Virus record (IMG/VR): IMGVR_UViG_3300013121_000005
Location: 128,001-192,000 of that record
Length of the DNA: 64,000 nucleotides
DNA from: a virus
Lineage: Duplodnaviria > Caudoviricetes
Direction: 5' to 3' (one strand)
Both the position numbers and the translations under genes were made by a program. Position 1 is the stretch's first letter, and every line of letters starts with the position of its first letter. Shown one piece after another: positions 19,217-29,340 of the stretch. Below the pieces are notes generated by a model that ran no database searches, was not told the origin of the DNA, and saw only the letters and a program-made list of their open reading frames with translations.

Positions 19217-19975
19217 ATGCCTCCTTCCTCTATTCGTCCTGAAGAGACCTACGACGCTTTTTACACCCGAGAGACCTTCACTTCGGTGGCCAAGCGTTTT
19301 GATATTGAGCGTCCAACGCTTCGTCGATGGTGGATTGCCAAGTTTGGTGCCACAGCTTACGAACGGCGGGCCAAAGCTATACTTCAGACTCCCGAGGAAA
19401 AGAAGCAAAGACTTCGAGAATATCGGGAGAGGAATAAGGAGCAGATTGCTAAGGGAAAGAAGCAATGGGTGAAACAGAATACCGAAAAGGTTAGGCTTTC
19501 CCAGAAATTCTATCGCGAGCAGCAGGGGATTGGTTACAAGACTTACTACCAACAGTACTATGCTGATAATGCTGAGAAGTTCCGAGAGTCGGCTCGGCAA
19601 TATCGGTTAGCAAATCGGGACCTGGTTCGTCGAAAGGAACGGGACTACTATCAAAAACATCCGGGCAAGCTTCTCTTGAAGTGTGCTCGCCAAAGAGCAC
19701 GAAGGTTCAAACTACCTTTCAAAATTACCCTTTTAGATATTCAGGCTTGTATCCCTTCAGATGGTTGTTGCCCTATTACTAAAGAGCCTTTTGAACGTGG
19801 TGTGGGTAAAGTAGGTCCTCGTTCAATGTCTCTGGATCGTATTGTCCCATCTCTTGGATATGTCCCTGGCAACATTGCCGTGATTAGCCACCTTGCGAAT
19901 ACAATGAAACAAAACTGTAGGGATGCCGATATATTCCGTCGTTTGGCTGACTATTTAGACCAGAAGAAGGGGTAG
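19217..19975 (+). CDS. Free-standing HNH-type (His-Me finger) homing endonuclease
   Basis: C-terminal CPIT..SLDRIVPSLGYVPGNIAVISHLANTMK, N-terminal HTH-like TSVAKRFDIERPTLRRWW, and Y/R/K-rich helical repeats. More A-rich than its flanks. ATG 19217 is preferred over the 19109 start, which overlaps the spike. Confidence 0.8.
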   Translation: MPPSSIRPEETYDAFYTRETFTSVAKRFDIERPTLRRWWIAKFGATAYERRAKAILQTPEEKKQRLREYRERNKEQIAKGKKQWVKQNTEKVRLSQKFYREQQGIGYKTYYQQYYADNAEKFRESARQYRLANRDLVRRKERDYYQKHPGKLLLKCARQRARRFKLPFKITLLDIQACIPSDGCCPITKEPFERGVGKVGPRSMSLDRIVPSLGYVPGNIAVISHLANTMKQNCRDADIFRRLADYLDQKKG

Positions 19976-19980
19976 TACCC

Positions 19981-20094
19981 ATGCAGTATGCTAAACGCGA
20001 ACCCCTCCTTGTTACTGGCCCTACGGCTCTCCAGCTAGTACTGGAACAGGTGCGTCGGGAACGTGAGTTAGGCCGTAGAAAACAAGGTTCGTAG
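19981..20094 (+). CDS. Small hypothetical protein, 37 aa (MQYAKREPLLVTGPTALQLVLEQVRRERELGRRKQGS)
   Basis: Fills the gap: starts 5 nt after the HNH stop and ends 2 nt before ATG 20097. Below the ORF-track cutoff. Confidence 0.55.
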   Translation: MQYAKREPLLVTGPTALQLVLEQVRRERELGRRKQGS

Positions 20095-20096
20095 TA

Positions 20097-20666
20097 ATGC
20101 CCATCACACCAGCAGGTCTCATCCCTGCAATCGCAGGGGGTTTAGCCTCCGGGGGGATGCTTGGGCTGGCTGTGCCTATGGCTGCGGCTGGGATTGCAAA
20201 TGGGCTCTGCCAGTGGATCCCTCAGCTTGTGGTCCAGACAGTTGACGTGGGGTTTCTTGGGGCGGGTACGGGGTTTGTTCCCTTCGCGGTACCTCCTCCT
20301 CTTTTGACCTCAAATCTCCTTATTGCCTATGCGGCACATGGGTTAGTTGGGCCCATGGCTCCTTTGGAGGCTGTTGGGTTAGCAAACGGTTTAGCAGCAG
20401 GCTTTCTTCAAGGGTTGATAATGACCACGCATCCTGGAATCGGAACAGGTACTGCCCTAGCTCGTGTACTAGGGCCTCCTGCGTTCCCCTCTTTGATGCT
20501 AGGCTTCGCGTCGGCCGGGATTACGGGTCAGATAGCCCCTCTCAAGGCTAGTGCGATCTCTTCTGCGTTGTTGGTGTGTCTACAGGTTTTTCAAGTTCCA
20601 GTCCCGATTGTCGGCTCCCCCTCTCCTTTTACCGGAGGTGGTGTAGGTATTGGGAAGATTGTGTGA
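20097..20666 (+). CDS. Hydrophobic Gly/Ala/Pro-rich protein with three internal repeats; candidate spike-tip protein
   Basis: 189 aa with about five charged residues and three ~60-aa repeats. It occupies the PAAR/gp5.4 position after the spike. Confidence 0.6.
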   Translation: MPITPAGLIPAIAGGLASGGMLGLAVPMAAAGIANGLCQWIPQLVVQTVDVGFLGAGTGFVPFAVPPPLLTSNLLIAYAAHGLVGPMAPLEAVGLANGLAAGFLQGLIMTTHPGIGTGTALARVLGPPAFPSLMLGFASAGITGQIAPLKASAISSALLVCLQVFQVPVPIVGSPSPFTGGGVGIGKIV

Positions 20667-20684
20667 GAGAAAGGTAGCTGAATC

Positions 20685-23600
20685 GTGGGCTTTAGTTTGA
20701 AGGGTTACGTCCTAGAAAAGCCTAGAGTTAGCTCGGCTAACTCCCCGTTTACCCCTTCCCCTGACAATCTTGTTTCAGATTCCGGGGCCTATACAGCTAC
20801 CTATGGGACTAATGAGTTGGTCCCAGGGCGTGGGGAGTATCTTGTCGTAGTGCTCGTCGATGGAGACTTGGCGAACGCTGAGTTTGGGTGGACTAAGAAT
20901 GAAGGGGGGCTTCAACGGTTTGACTTTGATGGCTCGGAACAACGGTTTCGCCCTATGCGTGGGGCAGCTAGGCTTGAGGTTGGGACAGTTACTTCCAGTG
21001 CAAATGCAACCCGACTAAAGGTCCCTAAGCCGACAGTATCCGTGGGTGTTGGTCCGTATCGTCTGGCTCTCGGTACAGTTGGAAGTGGCCTTACGGTCCC
21101 TATTGTTACGGTACCCGATGATGGTTCGTTTGGGGCCCCTGCGGCAGGGACAGTCGAACTTTCCTTGTCAACCGGCAACCTCAATTGGAACGCTTCGGAT
21201 TTGACAGGTCCATTTCAGGGGCAGCGAGCTTTCTTTCAGCGCCAAGCTTTCTTCTCGGCTAAAGAATCTACGGGTCGACTTGGGGTTGCAACCGACACGA
21301 TTCTTTTGAACCCTATCCCTGCCACAGGGCAGTTTCCTCAACTTCGGTTTGGATTTGGCCTTCCCTTACATCCAGTCGAGAAGGCTAATGAAGCAAGCTT
21401 TTCGGCGAACCCCACTCAAGGTACGTTTGAGTGGGCGTTGGACACGGGTAGGGTAAAGTTCAACAGCTCGGATATCTCAAGTAACCCCGGGGAAGCAATT
21501 TACTACGATGGAGTGCTTCTTGGGATCCAGAAGCGGTTGCCTCGTCAAACTGTTGGTACAATCGGAGCCCCAACGCCGGTAGTGGGTCTTCCCTCAGAAG
21601 GGGGAGACCTTATTTTTCGGGCTCTTCCGCCTACTCTCCCTTCAGGGACGGCTTCGTTCCCCTCTACTACAACGGTTGTGGACGGTGCCGCTAACTTCAC
21701 TCTGAATGCTGCGGTCGGAGATATTGTGGTCCTGACTAGCGGGCCAAATGTGGGGTCTCGGCGTGCGATCACTGCGGTTACGTCGGCAACTCAGCTCCAG
21801 GTAGCCCCTCCGTTCCCTTCTGTTGTAGGTGCGAACTATACGATCCAGAGGAAAATCGTTCAATTTCCTGAGTTTGTCCGAACGACAACCCCTAGTCTGA
21901 TAGGGAAGTCTGGGCAGGTTCAGGTAAATCCTAGCTCTGGGGCACTTCAGTTTTCGTTTGCTGAGATCCTTGCCTACGGAGCTTACCAAGCAGAGGTCAT
22001 TTTTGGGGACCTTCCTGTTGAACGTGGGATTTCTCTCCGTCTCTTTCGTACGCCTGTAGACCTTGGGGCTAAGGACCCAAGTACGAAGGATGTGTCAGCT
22101 TTTTACCCAACTGTTAATGCTCGTCTTGCGGACCCTATTGTAGGGGCCCCGCTAGTGTTTCTTCCGGTTGTCCCAGTGGATGACCCTGCATACCCGATGT
22201 CGTTTGTGGTGGAGCAGGGTACTGGGAGCTTTACTGGAGCCCTTCCCAGGTTGGACGTTGCTTTTCCCCCTGGGGGCATTGGTTACACTATTGACTACGA
22301 CACAAAGCGGTTCAACTTCGCAATTCGGCGTAACAACTACGTCCTTCCAATTCAAACCCGAGTAGGGGCGGTTCAGCTAAAGGACCCCCTTGTGAATCCG
22401 GCTAATGTTACCTTGGAGCTAGACCAAGGATTGGGGTATGTGCCCCTAACTCTTGGGACAGATAGTCTGCTGGAACCCACCTCTGGGGTGGTCACGTTCG
22501 TGGAGACGATCGGCTCTAGGGTTGTCCAAGGAGCTGGGGGTCAGATCCTTTCTCTTTCGACTTTCAATGATCCTAATGCAAACTTTGCGGGGGTTCTAGT
22601 TGGGGACCAGCTCGTCATTTCCAATTCCTCGGAAAAGGGAGTGTACACGGTTACAGGCATCCCTAGCTCTGTTCAGCTTACGTTTAGTCCGGCTGCGACT
22701 TTGAACACCTCAGGGCTTTCGTATGAGATCCGGCGAGGGAAGGAGATCCTGGTCGACCGTTTCTTCCAAGAGTTGGTGTTGGTTGACCCTGGCACCAAGG
22801 TCGAGAAAATTCGTGCCCTTGGGACGATCACCAATTCTCCACGGCTCAATATCCCAGCCGCCAACGCAAGCATCTCTAGGTTCCGTCTTGGCTTGGCCTT
22901 TTTGACGACTACTACAGTGGTCCCTAATGATGGGGCGTTTACCTCCCCAGCTTTACTTCCTGCGGGTACAGTTGAGGTAAGTCAGGCAACAGGGAACCTT
23001 AACTTCAGCCAGAGTAACGTGGCAACGGGCTCTACGGTTTACTGGGCTCGTCTGTTGGTTCAGGGCAAGGAGTATCGAATTGAACCTGAGCTTGGGTTTA
23101 TCCAGGTGACGGAGAGACTTCTTGCTATGGACGAGCTGTTCCTCACCTACAGCTCGCTTCAAAACCCCGCAGTCCAAATTGAAGAGCGAGCAACCTTCTT
23201 AGTGCGGAAAGAGCTAACTACCCACCCAACAGCTACTTCGACCATCCCCTTTAACCCTCTTGGCCGAGAAGTAGCCACAAATCCTTCTCCAGTTGTTTTT
23301 CGTGGGGGTCGGCCACAGGACAGCACTCAAGTCAGTGTTAGTTCCACGCCCTCTTTGATCACTTTCTTGGCGGACAAGCTTCCAACTCCTGGAGGGAGTC
23401 CTCGGGTATCGGATACATTGCCCCATGGGGCAATTGTGCAACCGTCGGAGCGTGTGTACGTAGACTACTTCGTCTACAACGCAATAGGCGGGGAAAACAC
23501 TACGACTGTCCTCCAACCTCCAATTAATCTTGCCAAGGTTACCCTGTCAGAGGGGGCCTCAACCTTCAAAGTCAAGGGGAACAGAACAGCGAACTTTCCT

Positions 23601-26600
23601 GCGGACCATCTGCTTCGTGTTGATGGGGATCAGGTTTATATGCTTGCGGGGGCCACCTACAACGCAGGGACTAACGAAACGACGGTCACCCTAGCAGCCC
23701 CCCAGGTTTTTCGAGACTCGTTTTCCCAGCCTAAACTCTACGTAACTTCAGGGCCCGTAAGAGTTACAGCGGCATTTCTACAGCCTTCCTACTTCGCGTT
23801 GGAGATGGCATCCTATGATACGACTCCCCGGGGGATGAACAAGTTCAAGATTCAAGGGGACAAAACGGCAAGTTACAGTGCAGGGACGGTGATTAATTGG
23901 TCTTCTGCCTCCCCTTTGGTGAACGACTTTTTGCTTGTAACTGGGTCTACCTACGACGTTTCGCTTGATCGTACTGAAGTCACAACGACTCAAGCTACAG
24001 CTAGGCAGTACACTCCTGGGGTTCATGTTCTGCGGCGGTCGGTTCGATCTGTCTTGGAGGCTACAGCGCAGAGTGTACGCACAAGTACTCCACCTGCGAT
24101 CCCTCCCCCTGCTTTGACGGTTTTGGACTCGGTTGTGGTCTTTCGTCGGGTGGAAGGTCAAGCGGGGCAGGTTCTTTCCTCCCCTCAGGACTTCTCGATT
24201 GATGAGGCGGGCAAGGTTAGCTTTACTACTCCTCTTCGCCCAAACGAGGAGTTTTCCATCTTCTATACCCGGCACAGATTTGTGCAGCCGGGCCAGCTTC
24301 GAGCCTCGTATACAGCCAGCATTTCCCCAGATGCAACGAATGGCTTGGTAAATCAGACACTTACAGCTAACTTCACAACGGTATCCCCAGACGCTTTCTT
24401 CTATAGAGTTGAAACTCTTACGAATTTCCGAGGTGAGGTTGCCAGTAAGTACAAGGAGGAAGCGAAGTCGTCGGTCCCATCAGGGGGTCCTCGGACCGAC
24501 AATGCTTCTCAGCCCAAGCTATACCAGCAGGGACAGAAGTCCGTGTTTTTCGACGAGGGCTATTATTCAAACGAGGACTTGGTTGCTAGAGCGTCTCTCA
24601 AGTTCTACAATGATATCGTGAACTTTCTGGAGGATCTTCTCCAGAACATGGATGGTCGCATTGTTGGGGACTACGACGGTAGGTTCAAGTTCAACGGCAC
24701 AACAGGGACCTTGGTCTCGAATTTTGACCTGGCTAACAACCAGATTGACGATACGTTTAAGATTTCCCCCTTTCCCATTGACTTCACACCTCCTCTGCTC
24801 CCCTTCAAGTTCTTGGGGACCTACGTCAAAGCATATGAGCCCAATGCGAGGAGTCGGTTTTTCCCTACCGCTCGGACGCGCTACAATTACACGACGGTTG
24901 GGGCTGACACGTCTGCTGAGACAGGCAACCAGATGGTTGACCTTACTGCTAAGAACCTCACTGGGATTGCTCCGGTGGCGTCTAGACGGTCTCCCCGAGC
25001 AAGGGTAACGAAGGCAGCAGAGGCAGGAGCCACTTCTCTTACGGTGGATGCGACAGGGGCCATTACGACCTTGCCTGGGCCTTTTCGCCCGGCTTTCGTC
25101 AATGGGATGAAGGTTGTTGTGCGGGACCCTTCAGGAGCGTACCTTGTTAGCGAGTTGCTTCCTGCTACTGCGACAGTAAGCGGACCTACCACATTGAATT
25201 TGGCTCCAGCGGTTCCAGTTACAATCCCCGTTGGCTCGACGGTTCATTTGGCTGCTTTGGATACCGCATACCAGAAGAATTACCGCACTAGCTTCGACAT
25301 AGGGCTCGATCCAGAGAAGGGTTTTCTTCTCTTCGTCAAACCCTACCCTCCTTTCGACGGAACTTTCCCCCTCATCCCACCCGAGTTGGAGATTCAGGAC
25401 CCAAATTCCGGTGAGTTGCTACAGACCTCCTTTACGATAGCCAATTCCCGAGTGGAGCCCGAGAAATTCCCAGGGCTTTTTGGAGGAGCGTTTGATGACG
25501 ATGGGGATCAACGTCTACCCCTACTAAACCCAACCTATGTAAGGGAAACTGCCCCCACTACGGAGCCAGGGGCTAAGCCATGTTACCTGTCTACAGAGAT
25601 TTCGGCTGGCACGGATGTAGCTGCGAATGCGGTTGACCCCTTCATTGGGTTGGGATCTGGCACTCTTGATCCTACAAGGACGGTCATCACGAACGGGGTC
25701 AATTTCCCTGCCCCTGCCCCTCAAGTGGGGGACTTGGTTCGGATTTTGACTGGGTTGAATGGGGTTACAGAGTTCCGTCGAATCATCGCGGCCACTGTAA
25801 ATACGATTACAGTGGATGTGGCCTTTGCTTCTCAAGATGCAGGGTTCAATTACCTTGTCACTACAGCGGCTAACCTAGCTACAGGGTCGCTATCCCTGAT
25901 GGTCGGAGCTACTATCACTGACCTTTTGGCTAACTTTACGGTAGCAGGGGTTAAACCTGGGCACACGGTTGTCCTCACTCAAGTCCCCCATGGGGCTTAT
26001 TTGGAGCGAAGACAGGTTGCTTCTGTTTCAGCAACTCAGATCACCTTGACAGCCCCTTTCTCGAATCTTGCAGTCCCTGCAAGTTACAGGGTTCACAACC
26101 CCATCAATACCTACAGCTTTTCGGATCTTACGCCTTCGGTCTCGGGTCAACTTGCTATCCTTCAGACGAACCCTAATAGCGAGTTGAACTCGATTGACAA
26201 TGTGTACAACAGTGCATTGACAGACCGGCTGTCCCCTGCGATTGGGTCAGGAAATGCTACGGCTGCGGACACGTTAGTTGGAATTGGGGTTAACTTCGTC
26301 ACTTCTGGAGTTGCCCCAGGGGACATCCTGTATGTGCAGCCAGGGCAACCCAACAAGGGTTTCTACACAATCTCAGAAGTTGTCAACTCGACTACGGTGA
26401 AGATCAGCGATTCCCCTGGCTTTGTAAGCTTCCCTGTTGGAATGACTTTTCGGATTGGTAAGCTATTTGGGGTTCGCATCCAGACTCTTCGAGACTTGTT
26501 TGATGTCCGGGAAAACACTCTAGCGTATGTCCAAGCCCTACAGACATGGGGTCCTTTAGTGTCTACCCCGGTAGATGTGCTGGTGCCTCCTGGCGTAGTC

Positions 26601-26885
26601 GATGCAACGTACTTTGCGCGGGCCTACACCTCTGCTGATTTTGCAGCCAGAAACGGTACAGTCTCTGGGCGTAAGACTTATCTAGATACGATTGGCATTT
26701 CTACCGTTGAGAAAATCCTTTCCTCTGGGGATCGTCTGTATGATGTGCGCTACACTTGGATTGATGCCCGTATCAATCTAGAGAAGGGGATCCTTGTGCG
26801 ACAGAGCCGAGCCGTTACAGAACGACTCAAAGCTCAGGACACTATGCTCAAACAATTAATCAAGTTGCTAGCAGTGGAGAGCTAA
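20685..26885 (+). CDS. Giant virion/baseplate structural protein (2066 aa)
   Basis: Beta-rich. Repeated GTV..STGNLNW / DFSID..GKVSF motifs and five copies of a D..ANF..GV..GD module; helical C-terminus. GTG start. Confidence 0.8.
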   Translation: MGFSLKGYVLEKPRVSSANSPFTPSPDNLVSDSGAYTATYGTNELVPGRGEYLVVVLVDGDLANAEFGWTKNEGGLQRFDFDGSEQRFRPMRGAARLEVGTVTSSANATRLKVPKPTVSVGVGPYRLALGTVGSGLTVPIVTVPDDGSFGAPAAGTVELSLSTGNLNWNASDLTGPFQGQRAFFQRQAFFSAKESTGRLGVATDTILLNPIPATGQFPQLRFGFGLPLHPVEKANEASFSANPTQGTFEWALDTGRVKFNSSDISSNPGEAIYYDGVLLGIQKRLPRQTVGTIGAPTPVVGLPSEGGDLIFRALPPTLPSGTASFPSTTTVVDGAANFTLNAAVGDIVVLTSGPNVGSRRAITAVTSATQLQVAPPFPSVVGANYTIQRKIVQFPEFVRTTTPSLIGKSGQVQVNPSSGALQFSFAEILAYGAYQAEVIFGDLPVERGISLRLFRTPVDLGAKDPSTKDVSAFYPTVNARLADPIVGAPLVFLPVVPVDDPAYPMSFVVEQGTGSFTGALPRLDVAFPPGGIGYTIDYDTKRFNFAIRRNNYVLPIQTRVGAVQLKDPLVNPANVTLELDQGLGYVPLTLGTDSLLEPTSGVVTFVETIGSRVVQGAGGQILSLSTFNDPNANFAGVLVGDQLVISNSSEKGVYTVTGIPSSVQLTFSPAATLNTSGLSYEIRRGKEILVDRFFQELVLVDPGTKVEKIRALGTITNSPRLNIPAANASISRFRLGLAFLTTTTVVPNDGAFTSPALLPAGTVEVSQATGNLNFSQSNVATGSTVYWARLLVQGKEYRIEPELGFIQVTERLLAMDELFLTYSSLQNPAVQIEERATFLVRKELTTHPTATSTIPFNPLGREVATNPSPVVFRGGRPQDSTQVSVSSTPSLITFLADKLPTPGGSPRVSDTLPHGAIVQPSERVYVDYFVYNAIGGENTTTVLQPPINLAKVTLSEGASTFKVKGNRTANFPADHLLRVDGDQVYMLAGATYNAGTNETTVTLAAPQVFRDSFSQPKLYVTSGPVRVTAAFLQPSYFALEMASYDTTPRGMNKFKIQGDKTASYSAGTVINWSSASPLVNDFLLVTGSTYDVSLDRTEVTTTQATARQYTPGVHVLRRSVRSVLEATAQSVRTSTPPAIPPPALTVLDSVVVFRRVEGQAGQVLSSPQDFSIDEAGKVSFTTPLRPNEEFSIFYTRHRFVQPGQLRASYTASISPDATNGLVNQTLTANFTTVSPDAFFYRVETLTNFRGEVASKYKEEAKSSVPSGGPRTDNASQPKLYQQGQKSVFFDEGYYSNEDLVARASLKFYNDIVNFLEDLLQNMDGRIVGDYDGRFKFNGTTGTLVSNFDLANNQIDDTFKISPFPIDFTPPLLPFKFLGTYVKAYEPNARSRFFPTARTRYNYTTVGADTSAETGNQMVDLTAKNLTGIAPVASRRSPRARVTKAAEAGATSLTVDATGAITTLPGPFRPAFVNGMKVVVRDPSGAYLVSELLPATATVSGPTTLNLAPAVPVTIPVGSTVHLAALDTAYQKNYRTSFDIGLDPEKGFLLFVKPYPPFDGTFPLIPPELEIQDPNSGELLQTSFTIANSRVEPEKFPGLFGGAFDDDGDQRLPLLNPTYVRETAPTTEPGAKPCYLSTEISAGTDVAANAVDPFIGLGSGTLDPTRTVITNGVNFPAPAPQVGDLVRILTGLNGVTEFRRIIAATVNTITVDVAFASQDAGFNYLVTTAANLATGSLSLMVGATITDLLANFTVAGVKPGHTVVLTQVPHGAYLERRQVASVSATQITLTAPFSNLAVPASYRVHNPINTYSFSDLTPSVSGQLAILQTNPNSELNSIDNVYNSALTDRLSPAIGSGNATAADTLVGIGVNFVTSGVAPGDILYVQPGQPNKGFYTISEVVNSTTVKISDSPGFVSFPVGMTFRIGKLFGVRIQTLRDLFDVRENTLAYVQALQTWGPLVSTPVDVLVPPGVVDATYFARAYTSADFAARNGTVSGRKTYLDTIGISTVEKILSSGDRLYDVRYTWIDARINLEKGILVRQSRAVTERLKAQDTMLKQLIKLLAVES

Positions 26886-26888
26886 CCC

Positions 26889-27113
26889 ATGTCGAACGAA
26901 GAAGAGACGACCCCTGTTGCTGAGGAGCCCAAGGAGGAGCCCAAGGAGGAGCCCAAGGTGACTGAGGAGCCCAAGCCGCCCCAATGGGAGTACAAGACGG
27001 AGTTTGGGATCAATGCTCGAATGAGGGAGGTCGCCACTAAAGCGATGGAGCTTTCTGAGTTGGAGCTAGAGAACTTGCGTCGTAAACTGGATCGTCTGAC
27101 CTACGGGGGTTGA
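26889..27113 (+). CDS. Small hypothetical protein with EEPK repeats
   Basis: 74 aa filling the gap between neighbours; GGAG upstream. Confidence 0.7.
   Translation: MSNEEETTPVAEEPKEEPKEEPKVTEEPKPPQWEYKTEFGINARMREVATKAMELSELELENLRRKLDRLTYGG
26922..26975 (+). repeat. 12-bp repeat GAGGAGCCCAAG (3 tandem + 1 after a 6-nt spacer)
   Basis: Copies at 26922, 26934, 26946 and 26964. Confidence 0.95.
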
Positions 27114-27114
27114 A

Positions 27115-29283
27115 GTGTCGGACTGGAAGTCCTTTGCGATCAAGATTCCTGGAAAGGACCTAGTAGAGAAGGTTCGAGGCATCCTTGAGACCTTGTTGGT
27201 CTTTTTGGAGATCCTGAAGGCAATCCTTGAAACGATCTCACTCTTCCTGATTGATTTCGGTAATCCGCTGAGGGTCCTCATCGAGGCCCTGCTTACGTTG
27301 ATTCTTCAGTTGTTTGAGTCCCTCAAACGAACGGGTCTCTACGCCTACTACGACGTACCAAATCCTATAAAGGACCCTGGTTTTGATCGGTTCCGAGGAG
27401 GGTACCAAGCTTTCGTCGAGCGGTTTAAAGCATCGCTTTTCGACTCAAAGGACCCGTTTCGCCCTCAGCCAGCTCCAGGCAGTAACCAAAGTGGATTCGT
27501 ACTTATCGTGGCTGATGCTGAGAGTGTCTTCGGGATGCTCCGGCTGATCAAGATTCTCCTGCGCTTCTTTGGCAAGGAGTTCAGGTCTGCGCAGTTTGTG
27601 GCTCCAGCGAACGTGAAGGTTTTCCCGGCTGGTCAAAAGCCTGGGGCGCTCGGGGGTACGAGTGTGGACCCCATTCTTCAGGTTGCGAGTGTTTTTGGCG
27701 TAACCCTGAAAGGGTTGGCTATTGAGTGGTCTCTTGCAACCAATCAGTACCCCCCTGACCCTGGCTTTAATGACCTGGTAGCCAGCATGTCGTCGGAGTT
27801 CATTCCTCAAAAGTGGCTCATCGAGAAGACTAGCCGTTCTGGGGGTCCCGAAGTTGTTACCGCGAAGGACGAGACCAGGTTCGAGGACAAACGAGGGCGA
27901 CCCCTCAAACGAGTCAAGAAGGTTCGAGACGAAAACGGGGACTACTTCCGTAAGTTCGAGAAGTACATCGTATTAGACCCCAGTACCAATACCGAAGCGT
28001 TCTTTCTGGGCCAGCTTGGTACCTTTCGTTACATAGACACAGATGTAACGAAAGATAAGACCTACTACTATCGAGTTCGAGCTTTCAGTGGGCCTTTGGA
28101 TGTTAGCTCTGGAGGTACCCTTGATCTTCCTGACCCGGAGAAGAGTCAGGTTACAGGTGACTTGATTCAGCGGTGGCCGAGCAAGGACCGTTTGGATCCC
28201 GTGGTCATGGGAAGGCCCTCAGGAATCATCACGGGCAGAGTCCCTAACGTTCCTGCTAACTTCGATCTCATTGAAGCGCTGAAGAACACGTTCCGTATGG
28301 CATTTGCGCTGGGATTTCACCTTGAATTGAGCCCTGACGCTACATTCGACAGTAATGGGTACCCCACAAATGGGACTACCACTATCCAAATAGGTCGTGG
28401 TTCTTTGAGCAATTTGGCTGGCCCTCTAGGTCAGCTCTTCCCGGAGGTTGAACTAGCAGCTATCTTTGGGGTGGGGTTCTCGGACGCAGGTACCTCGGAA
28501 AGGGTAGAGCCTGATCCGGTTAGTGGGCAGTACCCGAATGTGGTCCACAACTACTTCAACGTGAAGGCCCAGTCTGCTCGGCTTTCCTCGATGGTGGCTC
28601 AGTCCCTTATCGAGAACAGCGGATTGTTAATTCCGCTTCGAGACCTCTATCAGGGAGCTATCCCTAAGTCGGTTTCAGGGGGCGGTTACTTCTCCAGCGG
28701 CATTACTACCATCGAGAAGATGGTTACCCAGTTCTGCCGTTTGCCGGATAACTTTCCAGCTACCTATGACCCAAAGGTCTATGAGACCTACAAGTTTGCA
28801 TACACTGACCCAGCTTCTCGGCTTAATTGCCTAGCTGTGATCAGATACATCAAGTCCTTTACGCTAGGTGGGACTCCTCCAGACTGGATCCAGGTGAGCC
28901 TCCTGAGGGATATCATCCCTTGGTCTGGGGCTATGATCTACGAACTTTTGGCTCGTATTGACGCTCTGTTAGAAGCCTTCAAGAGTGCTCTAAGCGAGCT
29001 GAAAGCCTTCATTGACTTGTTGATTCGCAAAATCGATGCTTTGGAACGGTTCGTCAAGTTCCTCATTGAAATTCTGAACTACCTTGACCTTTTCTCGGTA
29101 GGGTTCTACTTCTTGGCAGTTCCTAGCACGGATAAGGGGATCCCTGGTTGGATCGAGGCGGTGGATATGGCGGGGGGTACTCCTCCTCCATCGGGCCCAG
29201 GGGGCTATACGGCTGGAGTTGCTTTGGCTTATGCAGGGCCGAATGTGGATGTTTTTGCAACAGCTTTCAGCATCATCTTTTAG
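27115..29283 (+). CDS. Baseplate-associated protein with terminal amphipathic helices and a central FN3-like domain
   Basis: YIDTDVTKDKTYYYRVRAF (FN3 signature); long Leu/Ile-rich helices at both ends. Confidence 0.7.
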   Translation: MSDWKSFAIKIPGKDLVEKVRGILETLLVFLEILKAILETISLFLIDFGNPLRVLIEALLTLILQLFESLKRTGLYAYYDVPNPIKDPGFDRFRGGYQAFVERFKASLFDSKDPFRPQPAPGSNQSGFVLIVADAESVFGMLRLIKILLRFFGKEFRSAQFVAPANVKVFPAGQKPGALGGTSVDPILQVASVFGVTLKGLAIEWSLATNQYPPDPGFNDLVASMSSEFIPQKWLIEKTSRSGGPEVVTAKDETRFEDKRGRPLKRVKKVRDENGDYFRKFEKYIVLDPSTNTEAFFLGQLGTFRYIDTDVTKDKTYYYRVRAFSGPLDVSSGGTLDLPDPEKSQVTGDLIQRWPSKDRLDPVVMGRPSGIITGRVPNVPANFDLIEALKNTFRMAFALGFHLELSPDATFDSNGYPTNGTTTIQIGRGSLSNLAGPLGQLFPEVELAAIFGVGFSDAGTSERVEPDPVSGQYPNVVHNYFNVKAQSARLSSMVAQSLIENSGLLIPLRDLYQGAIPKSVSGGGYFSSGITTIEKMVTQFCRLPDNFPATYDPKVYETYKFAYTDPASRLNCLAVIRYIKSFTLGGTPPDWIQVSLLRDIIPWSGAMIYELLARIDALLEAFKSALSELKAFIDLLIRKIDALERFVKFLIEILNYLDLFSVGFYFLAVPSTDKGIPGWIEAVDMAGGTPPPSGPGGYTAGVALAYAGPNVDVFATAFSIIF

Positions 29284-29340
29284 GGAGCCTAGGGGCATTG
29301 CGATCCCTCTTGTAAATACCCCCTGAGTAGGAGGTGGTCC

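Noticed and set aside
26922-26975. Short direct repeats as a possible CRISPR array or iterons
   Set aside because: 12-bp in-frame coding repeats (EEPK) without unique spacers.
29310-29318. T4-like late promoter (TTGTAAATA)
   Set aside because: Single imperfect match to TATAAATA, not repeated before other genes.
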